NCBI GenBank assembly: GCA_964016885.1
Contig: CAXHJY010001552.1
Location: 39,810 to 103,809, forward strand
DNA from: Eledone cirrhosa
Lineage: Eukaryota
Direction of reading: 5' to 3'
DNA: 64,000 nt
Below are positions 1-14,401 of the stretch, one piece after another. The notes beneath the pieces are model-generated. The model ran no database searches. It was given only the letters and a program-made list of their open reading frames with translations, and was not told the DNA's origin. The stretch's first letter is position 1, and each line of letters starts with the position of its first letter. A program made the translations under genes and the position numbers.

Positions 1-95
1 GTAGTTGTGGCATTACTGTCGGAGATAGTATTCATCTTAAATTTAATAAATAGTCTCCCACACCAAAATATGCGACTGATCGCTTTGACTGACTA
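1..95 (-). mobile_element. Putative 5' end of an R4/Dong-like retrotransposon copy running off the window edge
   Basis: Reverse complement of 32492-32586, which precedes the R4-type N-terminal ORF remnants; abuts a (TACA)n-type tract. Confidence 0.65.
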
Positions 96-1020
96 TATGT
101 GTATGTGTATGTATGTATGTATGTGTGTATGTATGTATTATGTGTATGTATGTATGTGTGTATGTGTATGTGTGTATGTATGTATGTATGTATGTATGTA
201 TGTATGTATTATGTGTATGTGTGTATGTATGTATGTATGTATGTATGTATGTATGTATGCATGTGTGTATGTGTATGTATGTATGTGAATGTATGTGTGT
301 ATCTGTGTATGTATGTGTGTGTGTATGTATGTTGTTATTTAATTAGTGAAAAACGCGAGAAAAATATTTGAAATAAATTTATTTGTTTTTTGTGACTGAA
401 TATTTTATTTCATCTCATGTAAATAATATACACGTGTGAGTGTATATATATACACACGTGTGAGTGTGTGTGTATATATATACACGTGTGTATGAGTGAG
501 TGTATACATATATATGTGTGCGTATGAATGTATATATATGTGTGTGTGTATGAGTGTATACATATATGTGTGTGTGCATAAGTGTATATATGTGTGTATA
601 TAAGTGTATATATATATGTGTGTATGAGTGTTTACATATATATGTGTATGAGTGTATATATATATATGTGTGTGTATGAGTGTATATATATATGTGTGTG
701 TGTATGAGTATATATATATATATGTGTGTGTATGAGTGTATATATATATGTGTGTGTATGAGTGTATACATATATGTGTGTGTGTATAAGTGTATATATG
801 TGTGTGTATAAGTGTATATATATATATATGTGTGTATGAGCGTTTACATATATATGTGTGTATGAGTGTATATCTATATATGTGTGTGTATGAGTGTATA
901 TATATATGTGTGTGCATGCGTTTACACATATGTGTGTGTTTGAGTGCATATATATGTGTGTGTATGCGTGTATACATATATATGTGTGTGTGTCTCTCTC
1001 TCTATATATATAGAGAGAGA
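96..1020. repeat. Compound (TG)/(TATG)/(TA) microsatellites
   Basis: Direct reading; short unique AT-rich stretch at ~330-420. Confidence 0.9.
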
Positions 1021-1189
1021 GGGGAATAATCGATTAAATATTTGTTTCTACTTTTGGCACAAGGCCAGAAATTACTCCAGTGTATTACTGGTACTTTATT
1101 TTATTCAATTAAATATTGAAGTAAAAGGTCTCAATAACAAATAATGTACTTAATTAGTCACCAGTGTATATCTAATGTTAGAATCGCGT

Positions 1190-2885
1190 AGATTGGTTAC
1201 TAAGATTGGTTACTATTGTTTACTACGATAGGTTACTAAGATTGGTTACTATTGGTTACTAAGATAGGTTACTAAGATTGGTTACTAAGATAGGTTAGTA
1301 AGATTGGTTACTAAGATTGGTTACTATTGGTTACTAAGATAGGTTACTAAGATAGGTTACTAAGATAGGTTAGTAAGATAGGTTACTAAGATAGGTTAGT
1401 AAGATAGGTTACTAAGATAGGTTAGTAATATTGGTTACTAAGATTGGTTACTAAGATTGGTTACTAAGATAGGTTACTAAGGTTGGTGAGTAAGATACGT
1501 TACTAAGATTGGTTACTAAGATAGGTTACTAAGATAGTTTACTAAGATAAGTTACTAAGATAGGTTACTAAGATAGGTTACTAAGATATGTTACTAAGAT
1601 ATGTTACTAAGATAGGTTACTAAGATAGGTTACTAAGATAGGTTACTAAGATAGGTTACTAAGATAGGTTACTAAGATAGGCTAGTAAGATAGGCTAGTA
1701 AGATAGGCTAGTAAGATAGGTTACTAAGATTGGTTACTAAGATTGGTTACTAAGATAGGTTACTAAGATAGGCTAGTAAGATAGGTTACTAAGATAGGTT
1801 ACTAAGATTGGTTACTAAGATTGGTTACTAAGATAGTTTACTAAGATAGGTTACTAAGATAAGTTACTAAGATAGGTTACTAAGATAGGTTACTAAGATA
1901 GGTTACTAAGATAGGTTACTAAGATAGGTTACTAAGATAGGTTACTAAGATAGGTTACTAAGATAGGTTACTAAGATAGGTTACTAAGATAGGTTACTAA
2001 GATAGGTTACTAAGATTGGTTACTAAGATTGGTTACTAAGATAGGTTACTAAGATTGGTTACTAAGATACGTTACTAAGATTGGTTACTAAGATAGGTTA
2101 CTAAGATAGTTTACTAAGATAAGTTACTAAGATAGGTTACTAAGATAGGTTACTAAGATAGGTTACTAAGATAGGTTACTAAGATAGGTTACTAAGATAG
2201 GTTACTAAGATAGTTTACTAAGATTGGTTACTAAGATACGTTACTAAGATTGGTTACTAAGATAGGATACTAAGATAGTTTACTAAGATAAGTTACTAAG
2301 ATAGGTTACTAAGATAGGTTACTAAGATAGGTTACTAAGATTGGTTACTAAGATACGTTACTAAGATTGGTTACTAAGATTGGTTACTAAGATAGGTTAC
2401 TAAGATAGTTTACTAAAATAAGTTACTAAGATAGGTTACTAAGATTGGTTACTAAGATAGGCTAGTAAGATAGGTTACTAAGATTGGTTACTAAGATAGG
2501 CTAGTAAGATAGGTTACTAAGATTGGTTACTAAGATAGGTTACTAAGATAGGTTAGTAAGATAGGTTAGTAAGATAGATTACTAAGATAGGTTACTAAGA
2601 TAGGTTAGTAAGATAGGTTACTAAGATAGGTTAGTAAGATAGGTTAGTAAGATAGATTACTAAGATAGGTTACTAAGATAGGTTAGTAAGATTGGTTACT
2701 AAGATAGGTTACTAAGTTAGGTTAGTAAGATAGGTTAGTAAGATAGATTACTAAGATAGGTTACTAAGATAGGTTACTAAGACAGGTTACTAAGATTGGT
2801 TACTAAGATAGGTTACTAAGATAGGTGACTAGGATAGGTGACTAAGATAGTTTACTAAGATTGGTTAATAAGAAATGTTACTAAG
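1190..2885. repeat. 13-bp minisatellite (GATAGGTTACTAA)n, ~130 copies
   Basis: Direct reading, with variant units GATTGG/GGCTAG/GATAGTTT. Confidence 0.95.
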
Positions 2886-2933
2886 CAGCCGAATTATACT
2901 AGAAATTAGTATCTGTTTGAGCGAAATATGAAG

Positions 2934-3525
2934 ACGTGTAACATAGTAGTTAGAATGTTGGTCTCACAATTATAGGTCGATTACCGCACCGAGGCGTTGT
3001 ATCCTTAAGCAAGACACTTTATTTCACGTTGCTCCAGTCCACTGTGTCCTTGAACAAGACACTTTATTTCACGTTGCTCCAGTCCACTGTGTCCTTGAAC
3101 AAGACACTTTATTTCACGTTACTCCAGTCCAGTGTGTCCTTAAGCAAGACACTTTATTTCCCGTTGCTCCAGTCCACTGTGTCCTTGAGCAAGACACTTT
3201 ATTTCACGTTACTCCAGTCCACTGTGTCCTTGAACAAGACACTTTATTTCACGTTGCTCCAGTCCACTGTGTCCTTGAGCAAGACACTTTATTTCACGTT
3301 ACTCCAGTCCACTGTGTCCTTGAGCAAGACACTTTATTTCACGTTGTTCCAGTCCACTGTGTCCTTGAGCAAGACACTTTATTTCACGTTACTCCAGTCC
3401 ACTGTGTCCTTGAGCAAGACACTTTATTTCACGTTGTTCCAGTCCACTGTGTCCTTGAGCAAGACACTTTATTTCACGTTGCTCCAGTCCACTGTGTCCT
3501 TGAGCAAGACACTTTTTTTTCACGT
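2934..3525 (+). repeat. Decayed tRNA/CORE-like SINE whose core is amplified into a 45-bp tandem repeat (~11-12 copies)
   Basis: Unit TGTCCTTGAGCAAGACACTTTATTTCACGTTGCTCCAGTCCACTG matches the SINE body at ~63737-63771. Confidence 0.85.
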
Positions 3526-3679
3526 ATGTGAGAGAGTCACAGGACTGCCATATTGATATACAGCGTTTCTTTGACACCTTTTACACCTTCTTGAACCCAT
3601 ATCTCCTCTCCAGGCCTGAATACAGCAGATTAGAAGGATAGAAAGAGAAAGAAAGGAAATGTGAAAGAGATATAGTGGA

Positions 3680-4250
3680 TGAATCGCCCCAGTAGTTGAC
3701 TGGTACTTTTTTATCGACCTCTAATGGAAATGTTAACCTAGAAGGCCAAGTTAATCTAGCGTGATTTGAACTCAGAGAGCAGAGCGCTGAAACGAATACC
3801 ACAACCCATTCTATCTGATGTTCTAACGACTACCATTCTATCTGATGTTCTAACGACTACCATTCTATCTGATGTTCTAACGACTACCATTCTATCTGAT
3901 GTTCTAACGACTACCATTCTATCCGATGTTCTAACGACTACCATTCTATCTGATGTTCTAACGACTACCATTCTATCTGATGTTCTAACGACTACCATTC
4001 TATCTGATGTTCTAACGACTACCATTCTATCTCATGTTCTAACGACTACCATTCTATCTCGTGTTCTAACGACTACCATTCTATCTGATGTTCTAACGAC
4101 TACCATTCTATCTGATGTTCTAACGACTACCATTCTATCTGATGTTCTAACGACTACCATTCTATCTGATGTTCTAACGACTACCATTCTATCTGATGTT
4201 CTAACGACTACCATTCTATCTGATGTTCTAACGACAATTCGCCACCTCTC
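3680..4250 (-). repeat. Decayed tRNA-SINE (second family) with 27-bp tandem amplification of its head region (3806-4235, ~16 copies)
   Basis: ACTGGTACTTTTTTATCGACC...ATTTGAACTCAGA as in other copies; unit CCATTCTATCTGATGTTCTAACGACTA. Confidence 0.7.
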
Positions 4251-4689
4251 TCTATAAATATTTCTTCACAAATGGTTTCGGAAGTGAGAGCAAACGCCGC
4301 TTGCTACCTCCCACCCTACTCACCTATCCCTCATCCTTGACCCCTTCCGCAATAAAAAAAAAACGAAACAAACAACCTCCCACGCGATACAGGGCTGATG
4401 GTGGAGGACATCACGAAGGGGTGGGGGTGGGGGTTTAATTATCGTTTTCAAATAATCGTGTGACAATTGTTGTTGTTTGGGGGTTGTCGTTGTTTTTGTT
4501 GTTGCTGTTGTTGTTGTAACTTCTGTAGTCCCAGCTACTAACAACAACAGCAACAACAACAACACAGTAAAAGGATACGCCATGTTGCCCCTAGTGATAG
4601 TTGCTACTGTGTCATTGACTCGGCCAAACAACCGGAAACTATTCCAACCACTTCCTCTGACATCTTTCCCAGAAAGGCCAGCAAATATA

Positions 4690-5060
4690 TAATAATTGTT
4701 TCTACTTTTGGCACAAGGCCAGCAATTACTCAGTACATTACTGGTACTTTATTTTATCGACCCCGTAAGGATGAAAGGCAAAGTCAACCTCGGCGGGATT
4801 TGAACTCAGATCGTAAAGGGACGTAACTATGCTGGAAAATATAATAATAATTGTTTCTACTTTAGACACAAGGCCAGCAATTTGGAAGGCGGTCCCATTA
4901 AATCGAACCCAGTGCATTACTGGTATTTTATTTTATCGATACCATAACGATGAAAGGCAGAGCTAACCTCGGTGAGATTTGAACTTAGATAATAAAGGGC
5001 CGTAACTCTATGCTGCAAAGCATGGCGTCCGAACCTCTACCGATACTGTCAAGATACCAA
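4690..5060 (-). mobile_element. Two adjacent tRNA-derived SINE copies (Meta/V-domain-like family)
   Basis: Minus strand: B-box-like GAGTTCAAATCCC, then GCCTTTCATCCTTACGGGGTCGATAAAATAAAGTACCAGT and an ATT-rich tail; recurs at 9385, 19930, 52350. Confidence 0.8.
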
Positions 5061-5124
5061 ACTAATGGTAATAATTGTTTCATATATTTACAGGAGCGAA
5101 AGATGAGCGGGAGAATAGAAGGGC

Positions 5125-5680
5125 AGGTTGTATAGTGGGGCAAGTATGGGTTATATAGTGGGACAAGTATGGGTTATATAGTGGGACAAGGGTAGGTTGT
5201 ATAGTGGGACAAGTGTGGGTTATATAGTGGGACAAGTATGGGTTGTATAGTGGGACAAGTGTGGGTTATATAGTGGGACAAGGGTAGGTTGTATAGTGGG
5301 ACAATTGTGGGTTGTATAGTGGGATAATCGTGGGTTATATAGTGGGACAAGTGTGGGTTATATAGTGGGACAAGGGTAGGTTGTATAGTGGGACAAGTGT
5401 GGGTTGTATAGTGGGACAAGTGTGGGGTATATAGGGGGACAAGTGTGGGGTATATAGTGGGAGAGTAGAAGGGCAGGTTATATAGTGGGGCAAGTGTAGG
5501 TTATATAGTGGGACAAGGGTTATATAGTGGGACAAGGGTGTATAGTGGGACAAGGGTTATATAGTGGGACAAGGTTATATAGTGGGACAAGGTTATATAG
5601 TGGGACAAGGTTATATAGTGGGACAAGGGTTATATAGTGGGACAAGGGTTATATAGTGGGACAAGGGTGTATAGTGGGGT
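5125..5680. repeat. ~19-25-bp minisatellite (GGGTTATATAGTGGGACAAG core)
   Basis: Direct reading; unit shortens toward the right. Confidence 0.9.
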
Positions 5681-6321
5681 GGATTTCCAACGATTGGATT
5701 AGTCCATTTTGTTGTTGTTTTTACACCAGACACCATAGAAAATATGTAGGATAAAGTAGGGAGTGAAATTGGTAATGAAGTAAATGTAATATATTAGTGA
5801 CGTCAGTAATAGGTCGGTGACGTCGGTAGTACATTACTGACGTCACGAAAGAATTATAAACGGCTCCAAATCATGACAGGAAACATCTCAACCCCTCCAC
5901 TAAGCCGACACCTCCCTTGGAAGGGTGTGGTTGTTACTTTGTTTCAGATGTCTTACATGAACCCTTTTGGGGGTAACTCTCCTCTCAAGGAAACGAGAAC
6001 AATTTTCAACCAATTTAATTCCATAAAGGGTGTGAATGCTCGTGGCTTAGAGGTCTAGGGGTTAGGATGTTGGTCTTACGATTTCAAAGGGTGTGTTCGA
6101 ATCTTTGACTGGACAGCACGCTGTGTTCTGGGAAGAAAAGATATTTTATTTCGATGTTGTTTCTTCTGCCAAGAGTTATAACAGGAAGTTAATAACAGCA
6201 ATGGAAGACCTTGTTTCCTCGGTCCACTACTAAGTTGCGAGACACACAGACACAGGCGTAAAAACTTACACACAAATATATACCGATAATTTCATAGTTT
6301 AACTTCGGTTATACTTATATA

Positions 6322-6369
<48 letters not shown>

Positions 6370-6374
6370 GTTGC

Positions 6375-6535
6375 GGCTGAAAGAAAAGAGTACTCAACAC
6401 CGAAGTAGAGTTTTGATATTCATTGTATTAAGGCTAAATAGTGAGTGTCGTTACTCCCGGAGTTTCGCCTGTTTGTCACAGGCTCACCAGGCGAAACTCC
6501 AGAGTAACAAGACTATTTGACCTCAATAAAATGGC

Positions 6536-6537
<2 letters not shown>
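6375..6537 (-). mobile_element. Fold-back HHR-bearing fragment (same family as 52535-52605)
   Basis: Minus: CTGGTGA-GCCTGT/ACAGGC-GAAA-CTC/GAG-TA; inverted copy of GGCGAAACTCCAGAGTAAC follows; flanked by microsatellite. Confidence 0.6.
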
Positions 6538-6569
<32 letters not shown>

Positions 6570-6575
6570 GTTGTG

Positions 6576-6672
<97 letters not shown>

Positions 6673-7049
6673 GTGTATAAACACACGTAGCGTATTATGA
6701 TGGTTTCTCAGCAACGACGTTGACGTAAGCGATATGATCTAGTGTTAAATGACAACGAGGTTGCAATCCTCACAGTATTTAAAAGACAGGGTGTGGTCCT
6801 CTACCTTGATTCGTTGATGTCAATGTTCTCCCTTTGGCACTCTTTTACAGAAAAAAAATATAGATAAAAAATCGTTAAGGCGTGGCAATTTGTTTAATAT
6901 TGTTAGGTTGTTTGCAGTTTTCACGGACACAATCTCTAGCTTCCCACATTGACTATGACTTGCAAATAATTTTGAAAATATAGAATTTTAGGGGATTTTG
7001 TAAAATAACTAACTTTCTAGTTATTAAGCTGATATTTTTTTTTTTTTTT

Positions 7050-7268
7050 TAACGATCGACTTTCGTCAAATCGGACCGAAGAAACAAGGTTTCCGCTGGT
7101 CTTTCCAGTTGTTAGTATTATCTATCGGTCGCAACTCCAGGTAGAAGGAGCAACGTGAAATAAAGTGTCTTGCTCAAGGACATAACGCATCGCCCGGTCC
7201 AGGAATCGAACTCACAACCTCAAGATTGTGAATCCAATTCTCTAACCACTCAGCCACACGTCTTCACT
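7050..7268 (-). mobile_element. tRNA-derived CORE-like SINE
   Basis: Minus: A box GTGGCTGAGTGG, B box GAGTTCGATTCC, TGTCCTTGAGCAAGACACTT core. Confidence 0.85.
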
Positions 7269-7294
7269 AAACTGATATTTAGAACATAAATAAA

Positions 7295-7930
7295 ACCTCC
7301 ATTACCATATTTCTAATGAAAGACACTGTCTATGTCATTAAACCTTTCATTACCATATTTCTAGTGAAAGACACTGTCTATGTCATTAACTCTTCCATTA
7401 CCATATTTCTAATGAAAGACACTGTCTATGTCATTAAACCTTTCATTACCATATTTCTAATGAAAGACACTGTCTATGTCATTAACCCTTTCATTACCAT
7501 ATTTCTAATGAAAGACACTGTCTATGTCATTAACCCTTTCATTACCATATTTCTAATGAAAGACACTGTCTATGTCATTAACTCTTCCATTACCATATTT
7601 CTAGTGAAAGACACTGTCTATGTCATTAACCCTTTCATTACCATATTTCTAATGAAAGACACTGTCTATGTCATTAACCCTTTCATTACCATATTTCTAA
7701 TGAAAGACACTGTCTATGTCATTAACTCTTCCATTACCATATTTCTAGTGAAAGACACTGTCTATGTTATTAAACATTTCATTACTATATTTCTAATAAA
7801 AGACACTGTCTACGTCATTAACCCTTTCATTACCATATTTCTAATGAAAGACACTGTCTATGTCATTAACCCTTTCATTACCATATTTCTAATGAAAGAC
7901 ACTGTCTATGTCTTTAACACTTTCATTACC
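7295..7930. repeat. 48-bp minisatellite, ~13 copies
   Basis: CATTACCATATTTCTAATGAAAGACACTGTCTATGTCATTAACCCTTT. Confidence 0.95.
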
Positions 7931-8147
7931 TTCTATACTATAATAAAGGGAGGAGTGCGGGACAGCGCCCGTTTTATATTTGTTAATCCCTTTGAATAAA
8001 TAATTAATGAATATTATATAATTTATCTACTAAATTTCGTAACTCATGATTTAACATAAATAATTTCATTGCTTATTTTAAGATTCACTTCGTTTAAAAG
8101 CTTCTAATTTCATTACTTCCAGTATATCACCTCCACTACCACCACCA

Positions 8148-8183
<36 letters not shown>

Positions 8184-9159
8184 ATACTTGGGGAGGGTCA
8201 TATTGTTGTAATAATATTGCCAGAAATAATAGCAGAATACACTCACTGTTTGGTTGGTTTTCGCTTCTGTATCTTTTATATCTCCATAGTTAATTTATTT
8301 GTCAATCAATCATTCATTGACCAACGGTTACAAATACAGATATATATATATATAGTCTATCAAAGTTCTTTCGTTGCACATCTGCAACATCATCAGTGGT
8401 ACTATTATATATAGATATTTATATATATATATATATATAATAAAATGGGGAGAAAAATACTGCTGGTAGCACATGGATAACATGTAATAAAATAAGTCCC
8501 TCATCAGTGATTTGCCGACGATCATAGATATTTCATTGCATTAAAAATCATATACCTCACGTCGGTGCAATAATAACTAAATTAAGTTATTAGGACAATT
8601 AAAACGCGTAAAGCGAGTGAGACAAGAAAACAACAAAGAGTAGAGCTAACCGTAGAAGGAAGGAGACAAGCTTCATAGTTATTCTGTTAGCATAAGCTAG
8701 GTGAATATATGAGCGCTTAGAAAAAAGACCTTTCACGAACGAATGCAATGTGAGAAAAGAGAGAAATTGCTTTCTTCGCGAACGGGATGAAGTGAGGAGA
8801 GGAGAAACAGTGAGTGTGTGAGTGGAAGTGTGAGGAAGAGTTAACTGACATGACAGAGGAGGCGAAAGAAAGTAGGAGAAACAGAGAGAATGGGGGAGCA
8901 GTAAGAGAGAGAGAGAGAGAGAAAAACAGAATCGCAGTTTGGGTAAATATATGTAATAAAATGGGGAATATATGTATATATATAGAGAGAGAGTGAGATA
9001 TATATATAGAGAGAGAGTGTCTGAAGAGAGAGATACAGAGGAAGGGACCATATGATATATATATATAAAATTCAAGAATTCAAGGATAAGAAATGTTCTA
9101 GACATACGTATCTTCCTATGCGCGTTTGTTACAGCAGTTATTGATCCCAATGGACGTTC

Positions 9160-9575
9160 TTCCGCCGAGGCTAAACCTTGCCTTTCATCCTTACGGGGTC
9201 GATAAAATAAAGTACCAGTCATGAGCTCGGGTCGATCTAATCGACTTTCACCTCCTCCAAAATTGCTGGCCTTGTGCCTAAATAAGAAAACATTCTTAAA
9301 TTTAACATTAGTAGCCCTGACTATACGGCGTAAACAATGGCCACTCTTTAGCACTTTGGTTAACCTTTTGTCAGACAATATGATTAATAATTGTTTCTAC
9401 TATTGGCACAAGGCCAGAAATTACCCAGTACATTACTGGTACTTTATTTTATCGACCCCGTAAGGATGAAAGGCAAAGTTAACCTCGGCGGGATTTGAAC
9501 TCAGAATAGCAAGGGCCGTAACTCTATGCATCAAAGCATGGCGTCCGACCCTCTACCGATACTGCCAATCCACCG
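9160..9575. mobile_element. Two SINE copies (partial + at 9160-9280, near full-length - at 9385-9575)
   Basis: GCCTTTCATCCTTACGGGGTCGATAAAAT domain in both orientations. Confidence 0.8.
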
Positions 9576-9712
9576 ACAATATGATTAATAATTTTACATA
9601 TTAATAAACATTTTAATATATATATATATCAACTTTTATATCAACTTTTTAAATGGAAGTTGAAGTTGTAAGGTATGTCAAATCTATCTATTTATAAGAC
9701 TGTTTATATTGT

Positions 9713-9778
9713 ATTTTGTCTGAAGAAGGCATACCATATTTTTAATATGATATCCCTGAAATATATATATAATGAAAT
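9713..9778 (+). ncRNA. Type I hammerhead motif, family B
   Basis: ATTTTGT-CTGAAGA-stem II-GAAA-(TA)n palindrome-TA-ATGAAAT; relatives at 10410-10472(-), 35003-35065(-), 44839-44901(+), 55900-55963(-), 57028-57090(+). Confidence 0.7.
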
Positions 9779-9911
9779 AAATATGGTTTTATAAATATAG
9801 TTTCCATTTATTTAATATCGTATATATATATATATAGAGAGAGAGAGAAAGAGAGAGATTTACTACACACACACACACGCACACATATATATATATATAT
9901 AAATATATCTA

Positions 9912-10071
9912 TAGGAAAAAGTATGACCCCGTCGGCAGAGCTCAAGCCGTCGAAACGGCTTGAGCTCTGCCGTCGGGGTCATACTTTTTCCTATTTCCCA
10001 CTCTACTATCCTAAGTATTGAGTACTCTGGTGCGTCATGGTCTATTTGGTTCCTTACCACAATTCCTTTGT

Positions 10072-10123
<52 letters not shown>

Positions 10124-10320
10124 AACCAGTAAGACCCCGACAGCTGAGCTCAAGCCGTTTCGACGGCTAATTCTGGACTCAGTCCAGAATTAGCCGTCGA
10201 AACGGCTTGAGCTCAGCTGTCGGGGTCTTACTGGTTCCTATTACCCACTCTACTACCCCAAGTATTGAGTACTTTGGTGCGTTATGGTCCACCTGGTTCC
10301 TTACCACATTTCCTTCGTTA
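9912..10320 (+). mobile_element. Two copies of a ~160-200-bp hairpin (fold-back) element in (TA)n
   Basis: GACCCCGACGGC.GAGCTCAAGCCGT...ACGGCTTGAGCTC.GCCGTCGGGGTC plus conserved tail CCCACTCTACTACCCTAAGTATTGAGTAC...CCTTACCAC. Confidence 0.85.
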
Positions 10321-10548
10321 TATATATATATATATATATAAATTTATAAATATATAAATATATATACAATATATTAATAAATGGAAACTATATTTATAAA
10401 ACCATAATTATTTTATTTTATATATTTCAAGGGCAACCAAGGCAATTTTGGTGCGCTTTCATCAGATAAAATACAAAATATGTTTCATAAATGTTGACAT
10501 ACCCGTAGAAAAACAACCTTGACAATTGAGGGTTCGCTGGATAACTTC

Positions 10549-10606
<58 letters not shown>

Positions 10607-10612
<6 letters not shown>

Positions 10613-10825
10613 GGAGGTGAGTTTTATTGTAGTACAATAAAGCAATAAATATGTTGATTTAAAATATGTTCATTTAAAACTGTACTATTCACCAGTGTGT
10701 TTTAACCTTCATATCATGTCTCCCTATTTTATCTGACGAATACACAAATGTTATTGTATGATGATATTTGTTTTTGAAATGCGCATAATAAAATACATGG
10801 AACTAATTTAACCATCTTTTGATCT

Positions 10826-10830
<5 letters not shown>
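10607..10830 (+). mobile_element. HHR-bearing element, family C, with an inverted 3' piece
   Basis: HHR 10726-10796: TTTTAT-CTGACGA...GAAA-TGCGCA-TA-ATAAAA; 10607-10645 is the reverse complement of ~16105-16143. Confidence 0.7.
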
Positions 10831-10863
<33 letters not shown>

Positions 10864-10864
10864 A

Positions 10865-10904
<40 letters not shown>

Positions 10905-11299
10905 ACATACTAGTGCCTGGCATACTTCCTCGATAATCCACCGTATAGAATCTAAACTAACGAACTTTCAGATTCCATCCACCTTACACGTGCACAGAAA
11001 ATTGACATATTTTTAAAATTATCTTAAAATAATTACAATAAATATATAAAATGTGAAAGTATTTAATTGTATAATGGTGTTGACATCGCTATTTAGTTAG
11101 ACTGTTTTCAGCAGTATATGCTAAAAGCTCCGTTTAAATTCTACAGCCAGCTTAATGCACGCCGCTATAATTTGCTCCTCTGACATTTTGAAAATTTAAG
11201 AAAATATATTATCATTAAAGTATTTTAGTGTCTAACGTGAGAGACAAAGTCTTTAATCCTGGAAGTTCAATGTCCTGCTTGGCTTCTTAACCGGTGTCT

Positions 11300-12606
11300 C
11301 TTATACGGATCTCTGTGTTCCGGTTTTGATTCTCACCCGAGATAAACCTCACCTTTATTACGGATCTCTGTGTTCCGGTTTTGATTCTCACCCGAGGTAA
11401 ACCTCACCTTTATTAGGGATCTCTGTGTTGCGGTTTTGAATCTCACCCGAGATAAACATCACCTTTATTAGGGATCTCTGTGTTCCGGTTTTGAATCTCA
11501 CCCGAGGTAAACATCACCTTTATTAGGGATCTCTGTGTTGTGGTTTTGATTCTCACCCGAGATAAACCTCACCTTTATTAGGGATCTCTGTGTTGTGGTT
11601 TTGATTCTCACCCGAGATAAACCTCACCTTTATTAGGGATCTCTGTGTTCCGGTTTTGATTCTCACCCGAGGTAAACCTCACCTTTATTAGGGATCTCTG
11701 TGTTGCGGTTTTGAATCTCACCCGAGGTAAACCTCACCTTTATTAGGGATCTCTGTGTTCCGGTTTTGAATCTCACCCGAGGTAAACATCACCTTTATTA
11801 GGGATCTCTGTGTTGTGGTTTTGATTCTCACCCGAGATAAACATCACCTTTATTAGGGATCTCTGTGTTCCGGTTTTGAATCTCACCCGAGGTAAACATC
11901 ACCTTTATTAGGGATCTCTGTGTTGTGGTTTTGATTCTCACCCGAGATAAACCTCACCTTTATTAGGGATCTCTGTGTTGTGGTTTTGATTCTCACCCGA
12001 GATAAACCTCACCTTTATTAGGGATCTCTGTGTTGTGGTTTTGATTCTCACCCGAGATAAACCTCACCTTTATTAGGGATCTCTGTGTTGCGGTTTTGAA
12101 TCTCACCCGAGATAAACATCACCCTTATTAGGGATCTCTGTGTTGCGGTTTTGATTCACACCCGAGGTAAACCTCACCTTTATTAGGGATCTCTGTGTTG
12201 TGGTTTTGAATCTCACCCGAGATAAACCTCACCTTTATTAGGGATCTCTGTGTTGCGGTTTTGAATCTCACCCGAGATAAACATCACCTTTATTAGGGAT
12301 CTCTGTGTTGCGATTTTGAATCTCACCCGAGATAAACATCACCTTTATTAGGGATCTCTGTGTTCCGGTTTTGATTCACAACCGAGGTAAACCTCACCTT
12401 TATTAGGGATCTCTGTGTTCCGGTTTTGAATCTCACCCGAGGTAAACATCACCTTTATTAGGGATCTCTGTGTTGCGATTTTGAATCTCACCCGAGGTAA
12501 ACATCACCTTTATTAGGGATCTCTGTGTTGTGGTTTTGATTCTCACCCGAGATAAACCTCACCCTTATTAGGGATCTCTGTGTTGCGGTTTTGAATCTCA
12601 CCCGAG
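11300..12606. repeat. 55-bp minisatellite, ~23 copies
   Basis: TATTAGGGATCTCTGTGTTGCGGTTTTGAATCTCACCCGAGATAAACATCACCTT; period 11411/11466/11521. Confidence 0.95.
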
Positions 12607-12607
12607 T

Positions 12608-13586
<979 letters not shown>

Positions 13587-13631
13587 ATTATGAAATACTG
13601 TTAGCTTCTCGTTACAACAATTTCTATACTT

Positions 13632-13678
<47 letters not shown>

Positions 13679-14360
13679 ATAATGGAGCTGCGGCGTTTCA
13701 AATGGGTTACATATGAAAAAAGTTTGTCCTTCATCAGTGATCTTCTAACCATCATAGGCATTTCATCGCTTTAAAGACCATATACCCCCGGTTGGTGCGA
13801 ACAACGACTAAAAAAAGTCGTTGGGACACGTAAATAAAGAGGGCGCGAGGGTAAACAAACAAAATGGTTAAGCAACAGAAAGTGAGGAAGGAAAAGACAA
13901 GTCCCAGATTTCTATGAATTTAAGTTCGGTGAAATCGTGAACGAGAGAATAAAGACCATCAAACCTGGTTGAAATGTGAGCAAGGAAGGAATTTCGCACA
14001 GGTCTAACGGGAGGAAGAAGAGGTCTAGTCTGCGAATTCGGTAAACATAAGTTCTGTGAAATCGCAGACGAGAGAGAAAAAATTCATACCAGCTTGGCCA
14101 GCGTGCGGGAGAAAAAGAATTACACACAGGTCAAACGGGAAGAAAGGGGAGGAGAGGTAGTGACAGAGAAAGAGTGAGTGAAGGGTGAGGAAGAGGCTAA
14201 CATATATATATATATATATATATAAAATAAAATAAACATTTGACTTATTTATTTTATTTTATTTTACATTACTCCGGAGTAACCAAACCAACCTGCGCAC
14301 ATCGTCGAGTGCTCCAATCTGCATACTAAGGTCTTGGTATACAACCAACATATACTCAAA

Positions 14361-14401
<41 letters not shown>

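Noticed and set aside
1190-2885. Telomere-like repeat
   Set aside because: 13-bp unit, not TTAGGG/TTAGG; interstitial
11300-12606. CRISPR-like look of regular repeats (also 3001, 3806, 7295)
   Set aside because: Head-to-tail units without unique spacers; no cas genes; eukaryotic context
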